From the NCBI GenBank assembly GCA_965113315.1, contig OZ220368.1: DNA of 64,000 nucleotides; one strand, 5' to 3'. A program made the position numbers and the translations under genes. The notes beneath the pieces are model-generated. The model was not told the DNA's origin and made no database searches. It saw only the letters and a list, made by a program, of their open reading frames with translations. Positions within the stretch are counted from its first letter, which is position 1. Every line of letters starts with the position of its first letter. Origin of the DNA: Podarcis vaucheri. Lineage: Eukaryota. Below are positions 24,099 through 37,000 of this stretch, piece by piece.

Positions 24099-25606
24099 GT
24101 GAGTCTCCTCTTCCTGAACAGATCATCACAGGTTTCCCTCTAGCGCACTGGTCATGGCCTGAGCCAAGGTGGTCACAACATGAGCACTACCATCATGCAA
24201 ATATATGGAACAAGGTTAAGAAATGGGTTCCCAGATGCATGTTTGGGTTAAAAGTTAGTCATGGGTCTGAAAAGGTTGAATATACTTGCTCTAGTAGATC
24301 ATGATTTCATAGCTCTCCCCCCCCCACCTGGAAGTCTCCTTTTCTTCTCATAATTCCCTCAATAAATTCATTTCCCCCTTTTGCCATTCGGTAACTAGGA
24401 CCATGTAACTCACAGTCTAGTTTGCTGTTAACTGGGCTCTTTCCTTCCTTGTTTTGTTCCTTGTCAGGGGAGAGTCTCTCAAGTTTCAGTCTTTCTGCTG
24501 GTCTTTGCCTCCCACCTTCTCTTTATGCAGTCATGGTGGGGGGCTGCTGGAAGACACCAGACATCCAGTTGTTGCTGTGTCACTTGTGTTTCAGCAGGTC
24601 CCCCTCCCCCCCCAGTTTTGGCCAGTTGGTCATGGGATCATGTGGCAGCAAGCAGGCATGGGGGAGAAACTCAGTTTGGCTCACATTGGTAATTCATAAA
24701 CAACAAGAAGAAATGCACTCTTTTCTCTTCTGGCTCTTGAGAAAAGCCCCTGGACCTGATTGACAAGGAAGGAAAGTGGCAAAGTGTCCTTCTATCCCAT
24801 GATAGGGAGAACCAGGACTTCTCTGCTCCTCAATCTTAGCAGTGGTTTTGCTCTCATTGGAGAATGGAGCAAACTTATTTATGGAAACTACATGTGCACT
24901 GGCTAATGCTTTGTTGGTTCCTTCCTGATTAAACATTTCCCTGAGAGCAGCAGCACGAGGTAGGAAGCTACCTACTGTGAAGATGCTATGCTTGCTTGAA
25001 CGGAGGGCTTAACCTTAGACGCCAAGAGGGACACAGAAGAAATTGCTAGTCTGGATGGGGAAAATTGGTTGCTTTAATAAAACCTGGCAGGGGACCACAG
25101 GGGGAGCAGGCCAACCCACCGCTCTGGCAAGAGCGAATCCACAGCTGGGAGAAGAGCAGCACCCTCGATATGGGGAGTCTGACTGTCTAGAAATGGCTCA
25201 CAAATGCTCACAGCAGGAAATCGAAGAGCATCACAAACCACACACTTTTGTTGCGCGAGTGTGACCCCCCTGCTGCCCTTCAAGTCTTTTGTTTCTTCAG
25301 AGTAACAGAGTTGCAACTGGGAGCTTGTGGGGAATGATGTGCCCTTGCCCACTGAAACCACGGCATTGATACATGGGGCAGCAATCACTCTTAATTCCCT
25401 CATGGGAGGAATCCAGCATAGCCAAGCAGAGACAAAGCCACACATTCACACACAACTCAGGGAAGAGTTAGGCATACCATTTCAGCCACACCGAGACTGC
25501 AGCCAGAAATACTAAAGAGATTGTGTGGTGCTGCTGCTGAGCCCAACTAACCTCCACATGAGCCACCTTAAACTCATTGGAGAAATAGGTGGGCTATAAA
25601 TGTCAC

Positions 25607-26276
25607 TGGAGAAGGAACTGGCAAGCCACTCCAGTCCCTGCCAAGAAAACTCCATGGACAATAACAGGCAGGACAATAACAGGAAGATGAGCCCCCTCAG
25701 GTCAGAAGGCTTCCAACATGCTACTGAGGAAGAGTGGAGGACAAGTACAAGTAGATTCAGAGCTGATGAAGCGGCTGGGCTAAAGCCGAAAGGACGCTCA
25801 GTTGCCGATGTGCCTGGAAGTGAAAGGAAAGTCTAATGCTGTAAAGAAAAATATTGCATAGGAACCTAGGTCCTAGAGTGTAAGATGGTAAGCAGGATGT
25901 TGTCAAACATGAGATGGCAAGAAAAAATATGTGGTGCTGGAGAGTCCCATGGACTGCAAGAAGATCAAACCTATCCATTCTGAAGGAAATCAGCCCTGAG
26001 TGCTCACTGGAAGGATCCTGAAGCTGAGGCTTCAATGCTTTGGCCACCTTATAAGATGAGAAAACTCCCTGGAAAAGACCCCGATGCTGGGAAAGATGGA
26101 GGGCACAAGGAGAAGGGGACAACAGAGGATGAGATGGTTGGACAGTGTTCTCGAAGCTACGAACATGAGTCTGACCAAACTGCGGGAGGCAGTGGAAGAC
26201 AGGAGTGCCTGGTGTGCTCTGGTCTATGGGGTCAAGAAGAGTCGGACACGTCTAAACAACAACAACAACAACAACG
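25607..26276 (+). mobile_element. Internally deleted (bipartite) Bov-B / RTE LINE
   Basis: 5' region (ggagaaggaactggcaagccactccagt... tgcataggaacct... gttgtcaaacatgagatggcaaga) is joined to the RT C-terminus (tggtgctggaga..ccatggactgcaagaagatcaaac; MLGKMEGTRRRGQQRMRWLD) and a (CAA)n tail. 10-bp TSD taaatgtcac at 25597-25606 and 26277-26286. Confidence 0.9.
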
Positions 26277-26394
26277 TAAATGTCACAAAATAAATAAATG
26301 ACTCTTTCAATGTGGGCTTGACACTTTTCATAAGGGAAAAATCCCTATATTGGTTTTATATGGATTGCTCCAGTGCTTCTTTCTTCCAGAGTGC

Positions 26395-26536
26395 TCAGAA
26401 CTGTAGAGCTGGAAGGGAGCACGAGTGCCATCTGGTCCAACCCCCTACAATGCAGGAATCTTTTACCCAACATGGGGCTCAAACCTACAACTCTGAGATT
26501 GAGAGACTCACGCTCTAGTGACTGAGCTATTCCAGC
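26395..26536 (-). mobile_element. tRNA(Lys)-like-head SINE with CR1-type tail
   Basis: Minus strand reads gctggaatagctcagtcactagagcgtgagtctctcaatctcagagttgtaggtttgagcccc, followed by gggggttggaccagatg...cccttccagctctacagttctga. Confidence 0.75.
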
Positions 26537-26789
26537 AGGATGCTCTTCTTATCTTGATACCTTTCTTATTACATTTTATTCACTTTGGTTGTACCCTTAA
26601 AAGACATGCCATTTCATTAATGTGGATATGGTACAGTATTTCGAAGAGAAACCAGAGTATGACACAGTATAGTATCCCATGCTGTGGTTAGTTCAAGCTT
26701 CGTCACTACCTTGAAGCTGGATAGCTTAGCAGTGGACCTAAGTCCAGTTTGGCCGTTCACTGCCATAGACAGATGGAGTCTGTGCAACC

Positions 26790-26992
26790 GAAGCTATCAT
26801 GGAACCAATGCTACTATTCCATGTTCAGCTCTGACATTACCTTGAAGCAGACTCAAGGAATACCTCCTGGGTGAGGCTCATCTTATATCTTTGACTGATT
26901 TTTCACTTTTTGTATTGTATCCTTGTAAAGTGCTTAGAGACAATTGTAGTTAAGTGCTATATAAATTGTTTAAATAAATACACATAAATAAA
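26790..26992 (+). mobile_element. L2 3' remnant
   Basis: 'ctcaaggaatacctc...tgtaaagtgcttagag...gtgctatataaat...aaataaata' resembles an L2 terminus. Confidence 0.5.
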
Positions 26993-27639
26993 AATCCTTA
27001 AAGGATCAGAGAGTTTAATCCAAAGGATGGGATCTTAGGGGTCTGTTTTGCTACTGCTTCTTAAATGTCATTGGGCAGCTCATTTAATCCATGCACTTCT
27101 TGCCTTTCATAATTAGAATGAAAAGGTCCTGGAATACGTACTTGTCCCTTGCTACATGCTTGTCTTACCAAGACCATCATGTTTTGGCCTTGCTGCTTCA
27201 AGAGGCCCCTTGGCACCTCTTGCAATAGTGCACTTTTAGCATTAGGTGCCACATGCCTGGATGCTGTTCCTATTTTTCTTTGCCTATGGCTCCATGCAGG
27301 GGGATAGTAGGACAAATGACTCCAGAGCTGCACAGAATCTCATCAAACCAAAGCAGGTGGAAACACTCAACTGTGGTGCAAAATCCGTCATAGAAACAGC
27401 ATTTGCATTAGTTGGCAGTGGAAGCAGTCTCTGGAGGCAGCAAGGGACGAACGAACGATACAGATGGCTCTGCTGGAAAACTGGGGATGGCAGGGGAAAT
27501 AATGATCTATTGGTAAAGAGAGATACTAGTTAAGCCAGCAAGAAGGGGGAATGGAAAGACACTTGGAAACGGGCTGTACCACCTGCAGAAGGAAGGGGGA
27601 TATTGTGAGAAAGGATGGAGATAGAAAAGATCAAAATAT

Positions 27640-28215
27640 TGCTACAAAAGATGGGTGCCTCCCCTCTCTCTGCTGAGCGGTAGCAAGAGCCCCTGGGGTC
27701 CCAGGCCCTCAACCTGTGTCTGTGTTCCTTTGAAGGATGGAGACATGACGGAGACTGTTGTAGCTTTACGAAACGTGGTTTATTTACCTATTTACACCTT
27801 CAGCCTGCATGGAGAGGGTCCAGCATGGCCATTTCAAGGGGGGCTTGTCTCCCATAGTAGTGCAGCCCTGGAGTTCAAAGCATCTCTCCCAGTCAGCCTC
27901 CCCAAGATGGACCCCAGTCTTTCTTCCTCCTCCTTCTTCCCAGCACCCCTTGCTCAAAAACTGTCATTTCCTGTCACGTCAAACAACCCCCCATCATCTT
28001 CCTCTTGGATGGCTCTTGGATTCCTCTTGGATGGCTCATATTAACAGATTTTCTGCTCTTCACTAGGCCAACCAGACTGTTTTGCATAAGCCAGAATAGG
28101 GATTCCTTGTCTGGTACTGTTCTGCAGCTTGTACTTTCATCCATATCCCAATTAATCAAAATCCTACCATTTATCAATTTCTAGGGTTTAGCGGGGTCCC
28201 TCCCAATCTATAACA
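27640..28215 (-). mobile_element. Solo LTR, same family as 6609-7294
   Basis: TG(ctaca)...(tataa)CA termini, shared internal motifs, minus-strand AATAAA near 27780 and flanks atat / gtat. Confidence 0.65.
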
Positions 28216-29707
28216 GTATGATGCTCAGAAATGTCACAGTGGGAGGAAAACAGGGGCACAATAACTATTGATTCAGGACAGGGAGGAGTGGCTCTTGAGG
28301 CAGAGTTTAAGCAGAACTAAGTTGGGCTGTTAATTGCCGGCCATTTCTTGGTGTTCAAGGGTGTGGTTTATCCACAGCATATTATGAGGTCTTCATAGGT
28401 GCCAAGCGGGAGAGGGCATGCTTGAGGCAATTCATGTGGGTAGAGGTAAATAAGCACAGCCTTATCTTCCGATACCAGATGCAGGGAAGATGCTTCTTGC
28501 CCTTGCAAGCCCAGCAGACCATGATTTTACAGCGGGCCGTCTACTTCAGTCTTCCTCCATTAACTGCCTTCGAAGTCAGGTACCTCATTTCACACTGTGG
28601 AATAAAGCCAGTTGGATTTTAGCAATTTAAATCGTTCCCCCAAAAAAGTGTAATAAAAATCATCAGTCACATTAAGGAATCATCTACAGAATACAGGATG
28701 CCAAGCAATCAGTGTGAATTTAAGCAAGACGCAAACGTCTTTGGCTGGCAGAAGCTCCAGGGCTCATTTATCATTTAATGCGGAGAAGACTGCAGTGAAT
28801 CTTGTCTGAAGGCCCTTACCTAACGAATTGGCTCCCGCGCAGTTCCCCCTAATTCATGATTTTGTTCCGCTTCATAAAGTCTGGGATTCATGTCCCTGAG
28901 GCATCTGGTCATGTGTCAGAGGGAAGATCAACTTGTGATCTTAACCTCGTGCCTTCCATTTTGTGAAATCTTGTATTTCTGTTTGAATGTTTGTGATGTG
29001 TCAGCCTTGTACGTTTGCTCAGGTAGACAGTGCTGCACACTCACCTATCGACTTGCAGCTGCTGCTCAGCATTTGACAGAATATAAAATGCTGACAGGAA
29101 CTTTTGACATTTTTTATCTTGTTCATTCTTATTCCCCTGGTCCCCGCCCTCCAGGCGGTAAGGCTGAGCTCTCATAGACCCTGGCTACCCTCTCTCGATT
29201 TTGAGTTGGGGCAAGTGCATTCCTTTGTATTCCCCCAAGTGCCTTACCAATCGAGATTATATATATGATCTCCATATATATGCAACTTTTCTGAAGATTA
29301 TTCATCTCTATAAAATAAATCCTATAAAATCAACTTTCTACAACCAGAATTCCCACAACACACACACATGGGTGAACTTCTTATTTATTTATTTTTTACA
29401 AAAGCTAAATAAATAAATAAATATCTCTTCAAATAACCTGAAAACCAATAAACTAGTTTGTTACACCAAGACTGGTTGGATTATTACAAATTCATGTTAT
29501 CTTCAAAAGGTGTTGAAATAAAACCTCCTGGCTTGCCCTCAACAAATGGCTGGGGAAAGGGATCAAAATGTTGTTAGTCTTCTCCTGACACCCCCCCCCC
29601 CACAAATGAGCAAATGTTAGGCCAAGAAATGTTAAACACACACACACACACACACACACTGCGCCAGGCCTCCCAGTGGAGTAGCTAGTGGAGGAGAAAT
29701 CAAGATA

Positions 29708-29942
29708 CAGTCATACCTTGTGTTGCATTTGCTTCATGATACGTTTTTTCAGGTTGTGTCCCACAGTGACCTGGAAGTACTGGAAAGGGTTACTTCCAGG
29801 TTTTGCCACTTGTGCATGTGCAGATGTGCAAAATGACGTCACGTGCATGTGCAGACGTGGCAAATCGCGACCTGCTCATGTTCTGCTCATGTTGCGAATG
29901 GGACTCCGGAACGGATCCCATTCACAACCAGAGGTACCACTG
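29708..29942. mobile_element. Tigger-like MITE (related to 6412-6605)
   Basis: TA-cagtcatacct ... agaggtaccactg-TA, with an internal quasi-palindrome. Confidence 0.75.
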
Positions 29943-30554
29943 TATATAGTTATTCTATTCCCTATCCACCTATTTCTTTCAGGTATTGACAAACAACCAT
30001 TGGCTACCTCGTGTCTTTTTCTTTCTCCACACTCCAGCACAACCACCCATCAGTTGTCCTTTATGGAAGCCCCCAAGAGGGTGTGGATGTGAAAAGTAAG
30101 CATGTACCCGTCCCAGAGCAGGGAAACCATAAAACATTTAAAATAAAAAGAAATAATCTTCTAAGCCATGTGTGCATGTTTGTTTGTAGACAAGGGGATA
30201 AAAAGGGCATGCGTGGAAAGTTGGCAGCATCAGGAAGTGGGACTCCAAGAAACCATGGATTAATCAAGCCTCTCTTTGTCCCCAGACAAACAGGGCTTTG
30301 AGGAAGCATGAGCTGAAGATCAATGGAACGCTTGAGTAAATATGAACAAGATCTGGTTGAAAGAAGCGACTGAGAGTAGATTACAAGGAAGGCCAAAAGA
30401 ACAAGCACCTTGAGAAGAACATTTTGGTCCTCTGCAGCTGTGTAGCCAAGAGCTTCTGAGCCTCCATTGTTTCTCTGCCTTGTTAGTCATTACTGACATT
30501 TCCCATTGTTTAGTGTAAAGTTAGTTCCCATTGGTTTTGCCTGATACACACATC

Positions 30555-30946
30555 CTGCGGATCCTCCAAGGGCCCCTGTTTTCCAGGGACATCCCTGATT
30601 TAGAAAAGCCTTCCTGGTTTCTGATTTGATCCCAGAATGTCCTGCTTTTTCATAGCCCCTATTTTCATCAGAAAAATGTTAGAGGGTATGGTAGGATGTC
30701 CCTATTTTCATTGGATAAATGTTGGGGGGGGGGTATGGAGTTTGACTCCCGAGCTGTCTGAAGGCAATCCTGTATAGGGAAGATTTTTTTTAAAAAATGT
30801 TTAATGTTTTATTGTGTTTTTATATATGTTGGAAGCTGCCCAGAGTGGCTGGGGCAACCCAGTAAGATGTGTGGGGTATAAATAGTAAAATTATCATTAT
30901 GGAATAGGATGTCCCTATTTTTATCCGAGAAATGTTGGAAGGTATG
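30555..30946 (+). mobile_element. Composite repeat: three copies of a ~36-bp unit surrounding an L2 3' end
   Basis: Unit (gt)ccctattttcatc.gagaaatgttggagggtatg at about 30655, 30697 and 30910. An L2 tail (ggaagctgcccagagtggctggggcaacccag...ggggtataaat) lies at about 30755-30900. Confidence 0.6.
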
Positions 30947-31287
30947 ATTCTGCAAAGCAATTTCCTCTAATATAATGCATTATTGTGTGCTAACTGCAAT
31001 AACTAATATATGCATTTATGCAACACTCTATGCTAGTATATTCATTTTTGGCAGGAGAACTGCATCACAAAATTTGAAGACATGCAAATTTCAGAAGATG
31101 GCTAAGTTCTGGTTCACATCTTGTTTCAGACAGTGCCAACTGGGCAACTTCACCTTTAAATGCACACTTCCTTGAGTTTCTCCCCCATCCCTAGTTGATG
31201 GCAATCATTCTTTATTGGTAAGGTAGGTTTATTACTGTCATCCGATGAGGGAATAGCATTTCCCCAAGGCTTTCAGCTAACAGTTGG

Positions 31288-31599
31288 GGGTTATCCTATT
31301 TACCTTTCTCCTGCACTTTCCAGGCACAGCTGATGTATTTAAAGGTCTGAATCCCCCCCTCTTATTTTTTTTCCTCCAGAGCTTTCTCTGTGAAGACCTT
31401 CTCTTTAAAGCTCAATCACAGCAAACAGCAGTCCATGGAAAATCCGAATGGCTGTTTGCTCCGATTCAGCTTTAAAGAGTGGGGTTTCATGGGGAAAGCT
31501 CTGAAGGAAAAAACGGGGTGTCTGTGCTTGGACACAGACCTTTAAAGCACAGACTTGTGCCTGGAAAGACCAGGGCAAAAGGTTTGTGTGGATAAGCCC
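31288..31599. mobile_element. Long imperfect palindromic MITE (Harbinger-like ends)
   Basis: Nested arm pairs: gggttatcc/ggataagccc, ctttccaggcaca/tgtgcctggaaag, tttaaaggtctg/cagacctttaaa, ctctttaaagct/agctttaaagag, gcaaacagc/gctgtttgc. Confidence 0.75.
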
Positions 31600-33867
31600 T
31601 TTATAGATGCTTTCCTAATGGGCAACTAACAGTTTGGTTGTGGTTAGCAGAGACAGAATCTTAAAGTGCACCCTGTTTGGTTTGGGGTCTAGCTGCTGCT
31701 GCTTGGAAACTGTCAGTCTGTGGTTCTGCCTGTTCCCTCATGCTCACCTTATAAATAAACAGATATCACAAAAAACACAATAAGCCACCAGTACACCCTA
31801 CTCACAAAGGAGCTGACACAGTAGTCACACCTCATAATTACAGTTTTGCTCAGATGAAAATTTCCTGCTGAGAAATCACCCTCATCAATCTTCTTCATCA
31901 TTTCTCCAAAACGAAAGCTTGAATCTGCCTCACCTCCCCCCCCATTTACTGAATTATTCGGGAGTGAGTTTCTTGATTTAATATTCAAACAGAAAAGAAG
32001 CAAGTTTTCTTTTCTTCTTTGGAAGAGCTAGAGCTCATTTGCACACAATAGGTCCAAGATTCTAAATTCTTGGCAACTCCTGGTAGGGTTGGGAAAGTCT
32101 CTTGCTTGAGACTCTGCCAGAGAGTCACTGCCAGTTTGAGTTGGGTGGACCAATGGTCTGTCTATCAGACAGCTTTCTAAGTTCATTCCTAATAAATTCT
32201 GGAGTGGCTGAAAATATTGATTTTTTTAAAAAAAGATATTCAATTTGTTTGCTTCACCATTTTGGCCTGTAGCAAGTTCTAGAAGTGACCTAGAATATTT
32301 CACTATAAAACTAGGTGCTAAAAGCAATATGCTAAAAGAAATGAAACCAATACCAAACCAAAATCCAGCATTTATCAGCAATACAAAAAGGTTAAAGTTC
32401 AGGGTTGTTTGTGGGTACTAGCGCTATATAGTTATTATATTTTTCAAGGAAGAAACGCTTGAGAAGTCTTGTTGAGGAAGAAGAGACCTCCCAAATGGAA
32501 CACTTGACAGGTTTTCGGATGATAAGAAAAGAATTCAAAAAGGATGTTGAATCCTGGCCCCGCTCAAGTGTGACGGCGTCACTTTGAATCAGCGCAGCTC
32601 CAGGAACAGCCCAACTAGTTTGCATTTCTGTTTATTGAAAGCTATTTGTCCAATATATGGCAGCACAGCTCGACAGCTTGTTTACACAGCAGCTTTGCCC
32701 CGAGGCAAACACATTACGTCCCACGTGGCAGCGCAGAAAGGCATGCAAGGAGTCAAACATGGCTTCGCACGGACTGCATTCAACAGCTTCCGAAGGCACG
32801 GCTGACTGCAATTGAAGCCCAGGTGAACTCATAGCTCAGTCTTTGGGAAATATTCCGCAGAGTAGCAATTTTGTTTATCCAACACCAGCACTACGTTTCC
32901 TTGAATTTCACTCAAAGCTGTTGGCATTGAAAACAAGCTTGCAGCAACATGGAATATTTCAGTCTTGATGGGTACAAGCATACAGTCAGCCTTCTAGAAC
33001 AGAGCAGAAATTTTGCAAAAGTTTCCCCCCTGATAATTTCTGAAATCATTATTTTTCTCACCACCCTCAGAAAAGGACAGATTTCTGAATACTCTCCATT
33101 ATTGTGTATGTGGTGTCTGCCATTTTCCATGCACAATTCCCTGGAATGATGATTGGTCTGGGGCTTTTTGGAGAATGTTAAAAGGTAGACAGCACAGTTT
33201 TGTTTCTCTTTTGTAGGAAATGTATACTTTTTATGAATTCAGCAATTTCCATTCACTACTTGCAGCAGCAGCAAACCAAACATCTAAGGAAAAAAGAAAG
33301 AAGTTGTGCCACTGCCAGTGTTAATTGTAACACTTGTTTAGGGCAACAAACTTGCATATCTCCAGCAGACATCTAACTTTTTCAGGAACTACCTGCCAAT
33401 ATAAAACAAGAAGAATATGAGGTAGAGAACCTAAGCTTAGGCACTAAGGATGTGGAACAGCGTCACTTACTGATTGGAGGAGTTCCTCTGGTGATCTGTT
33501 GAAGGGTGGAGCATAAGTCTCTTAAATAAAATGATAATTACAAAATACATTTTAAAGGGAAAAGCCATAGCTGACAAGTATGTTCACCCATAACAATTTC
33601 ATGCATGTGCATTTTGTCCTTGGTTATGTGTTTCCATAGGTGCTGACCCCTAAGGACGGAGGCGGTTTTGACCCCCCAATGTATTTTTTGAGGGGGCTAC
33701 CTCCTAATATATCTCATAATAAGTGTACCCTTGCAGCCATCAGTGGTTTTCTTACCATTTCATCTTGCACTTCTCTGTGCTGAGCCAAAATCATGGTATC
33801 AATAGGCTCAAAATGCAACACCTTCTCATCTTGCTAATCCATTTTTCACAAGCAATAAGCACATCCT

Positions 33868-34001
33868 CAGTGCTATTTTTCTAGGGAAAAAGGTGTCAGA
33901 ACTCACCATGAACGCCTCCCTTGTTCTATTATAATGGCAATGGCTCCCACTTGGGATCTTGAAGAACTGAGTTCCAGTGTTTCCGGTTGAAAAAAGCCCC
34001 G
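33868..34001. mobile_element. Small hAT-like MITE
   Basis: Imperfect TIRs cagtgctattttt / aaaaaagccccg. Flanks cacatcct / caaatccc match at 6 of 8 positions. Confidence 0.5.
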
Positions 34002-37000
34002 CAAATCCCTCTCATTTTTCAGAAAGTCACAAACATACCCATTTTGTTTCAAGGCAGAAGGGGATCACAACGACATCAACGGGGCTGTGATGTTCACCCA
34101 CTGTGATGGAGAGAAAAGTATACATTATGCAAGAGACTTGTCATTTGTACTCCCAGCAACTCACATAAAAATAGATGCAGGAGGTTAACAAAATGGGGGT
34201 GATTAGATCAGGCCAAAGGTAAAGGGTAACATTCTCTTCCCCAACACTGCTGCTCTGATCTGCCCTCCTCCCCTTTACATGCTTGCAAATACATGTAAGG
34301 GGAAAACCAGTCACACATCTGTTAGGCAGTATGCAGTCTTGCTTTGAAATGGGTTTTCCCCATTTCCCATTATAGCTATACAGAAACAAGAGAAATTCAT
34401 TTGCAGATGTGTCCCAAATGCCATTGATTTTTCTTTCAAATCTACAAGATGGAGGCATCATCTGCATTGTACTTTACAGAGCTGAGCTGAAATTTCTCAG
34501 AAGACTCACCCCTCCACCCCAAGAAAACTTATGAGATGTTTCTTTTTCTAACCTCCTTAGAAGGAGAAGGTCACCTTACATAATTTTCTCCAAGTATTCT
34601 CCACCTTTTTTTGGGTGGTGCCTCTCAATGCCCTGAGGTGATGTTAGGTCTAAGGCATTCTGGATGGTCCAGAATATTGGCCAGGCTGCCAAAGAAAACC
34701 TTAAGAAAACAATGTAAGAAGTGCTGGAAAATTTCTCCCACTCAGAAATTTGGTGAAATTGTCCTCCCAATGTCTCTCCCCATAAGCTGAGTGGATAATT
34801 TTGAGCTGCCATTTGAGCACAGGTTAAGCTAAACAAGATTAACAACAACAGCAACACATAAAATCAGATAACATGTTGATGAAGTACAAGTGAATACAAC
34901 AGGCACCGACATTTAAATTTTGCCTTTTCATGCTTGAGGAGTGCCTGGAAATTGCTGGGTTCCTCAGGGGCTTAGGATGATAGCAATAAGGTTTTATTGT
35001 AAAGTCGTTTGGGGCAGATTGGGAGCAAAGCTAACAGCATCCAGGCCCCGTAAGCTCTTGGAGATCAATATGTTTTTGCCTTGCTGCTAAGCTTCTGTGT
35101 GTCACTGCCAGAAAACACCTAAACTAGCTGAACAGCACTAAGAGGTAACACCAATTCTATCTCCCGCAGAAACCTGTTAGTTGCTCTTAACCTGGCCTGC
35201 TCAGTCAAGGAGAAACCTTGCTACCCTTCTCTGAGGAGAGTGATGCTTCAAAGAAATAGCCTCTCCTCTTTCTTTTTTTTTTTTGCTTCTCTCCATCAAT
35301 TTATCTGCTGTATTTTCCTTTTTTGATGAAGCTTGCCAACCTCAACATTACAGTCACATTGTGATTGTTGTGCAAAATGAGTCAGTGCTGACAACACAGG
35401 AAAACTGTTAGGCATTTGTATCACAAGGCTAAGACACATCCGCATAGGGTCTGCTGTGGGGTGCAGGTGCAAGGCTGTTAGGCACCCCCTGGTTTCCATG
35501 CTTCCCAAATACCAGCACTGAGAATCTCGTGAGATGGCCAGTTCCCTGACTAGCATGGCACAGGATGGTGATATGTGTTGTGGGGAGGGAAGAGAAATCT
35601 TACTTGTGAGTGTCACAACTGAAGCAGTGCATCTGCCTGTCTGATGAGGGCATCAGACCCCTGTAAAACCATTAAGTCCAGAAACTATAATTACCTAGGT
35701 GCACCACTGGGTGGGGTCACCCCCACCCTGGTTTGAAACCACATGCAATTTATTCTTCCAGAACCCTTATATATCTGGTCACTCACTCACCGATTCCTAC
35801 ACACGGTGACTTTACACATTTCACAGGCTCAGCCATCGCCACTGTGAGCGGCGGGAAATTTCTCAAATGTCTCTTTGATTTATAGCTCTAGTTAATTCTC
35901 CAGGAGACCAGCAAGTTGCCCTTAGCACATGAAGCCTCAGAGGGATAAATAATTTAACAGGTGGCTAAATATTCTTTAAGGTCTAGAGAACACCAGAAGG
36001 AGAGCAGATTTTGGGGTGAACGTGAAATGACAAATTGAGCACAAGAATGAGGGGGCGGGTGGGGAAAATGATGCAAAGCATCACCACCGTTTTCTGATGA
36101 TCCTGATGATTAGATGCTCAGGAAATTCCAGCACCAAATCTCTTCACCTCACCTGTAGCAAACATGGCCCTGTGTTTGCACAGTGAGGGCAATTGTAGTA
36201 AGTGAGTTAAAGCAGAAGGGAGTCTAGGCAAGATGACCTACTGGCTAGCAGCTGGAATACCACTAGCATGTCTTGATAGGTTAGGAAGGAGTATGTATAT
36301 GTGTGAATGCGTATGTGCGTAAAACTTTCTGACATCATGTGAGGGAAGAAGTAGGCAGGAAAGAGGGTTGTGTAGGTGTGGGCAATAAAAGATACAGTGA
36401 CATCATAACAGGCCAGCAACTAAATGACCAAGAAGTGGGTGATTCCTAATTCCAGGGCATTTGTATAGAGGCTCTAGTTGATTGGAAGGCTAGGCTAAGA
36501 CAAGAGCCAATCAAAGCCTAAGGAAAAATATAGAAAGGAATTGTAGACCATGAGGGAGCTTTTCAGTTCTCTAAGCTTCTTAGGGTGGTTTCTGGTCCTT
36601 CTTGTCTGTGGGTGCTAGCAACCGACACTGAACTCTTAACACATTAAATATATCTTCCACAATATATCAACTGGGATGGAGGGGCTATAGAGGAGGGCAT
36701 GGATGCAGTATTATGAATCATTGTGAGACATACATGCATCAATGTTTTCCTCTCACTATAGCTGCTTCTTGTTAGTTTTTGTAGTTTCAAAATTTATTTA
36801 GTGCCTTAGGGAAACACCCACACAAAATCTCTGGAGTTATTTTGGATCTGTTTAAAACATGTTTTTACCATAGGGATGTGAACATAAGCATGCTTTCCTG
36901 GGAGTTAGCTTTATTGAACTTGAAGGGACACACTTTCAAGTAGATTACAACTCCTATCAGCTGAGGACTTGGAGCTGGGGCTCATGAAGGTTGCAATCCA

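Noticed and set aside
25760-25802. CUGAUGA...GGCU/AGCC-GAAA in the Bov-B 5' region
   Set aside because: There are three extra nucleotides before helix II and no helix I pairing. It is ordinary Bov-B sequence.
26470-26536. tRNA-Lys-like sequence
   Set aside because: The stems are degenerate and it is fused to a CR1-type tail, so it is a SINE head rather than a tRNA gene.
30655-30946. ~36-bp repeats with intervening sequence (CRISPR-like spacing)
   Set aside because: The context is vertebrate, there are only three degenerate units with irregular spacing, and there are no cas genes.
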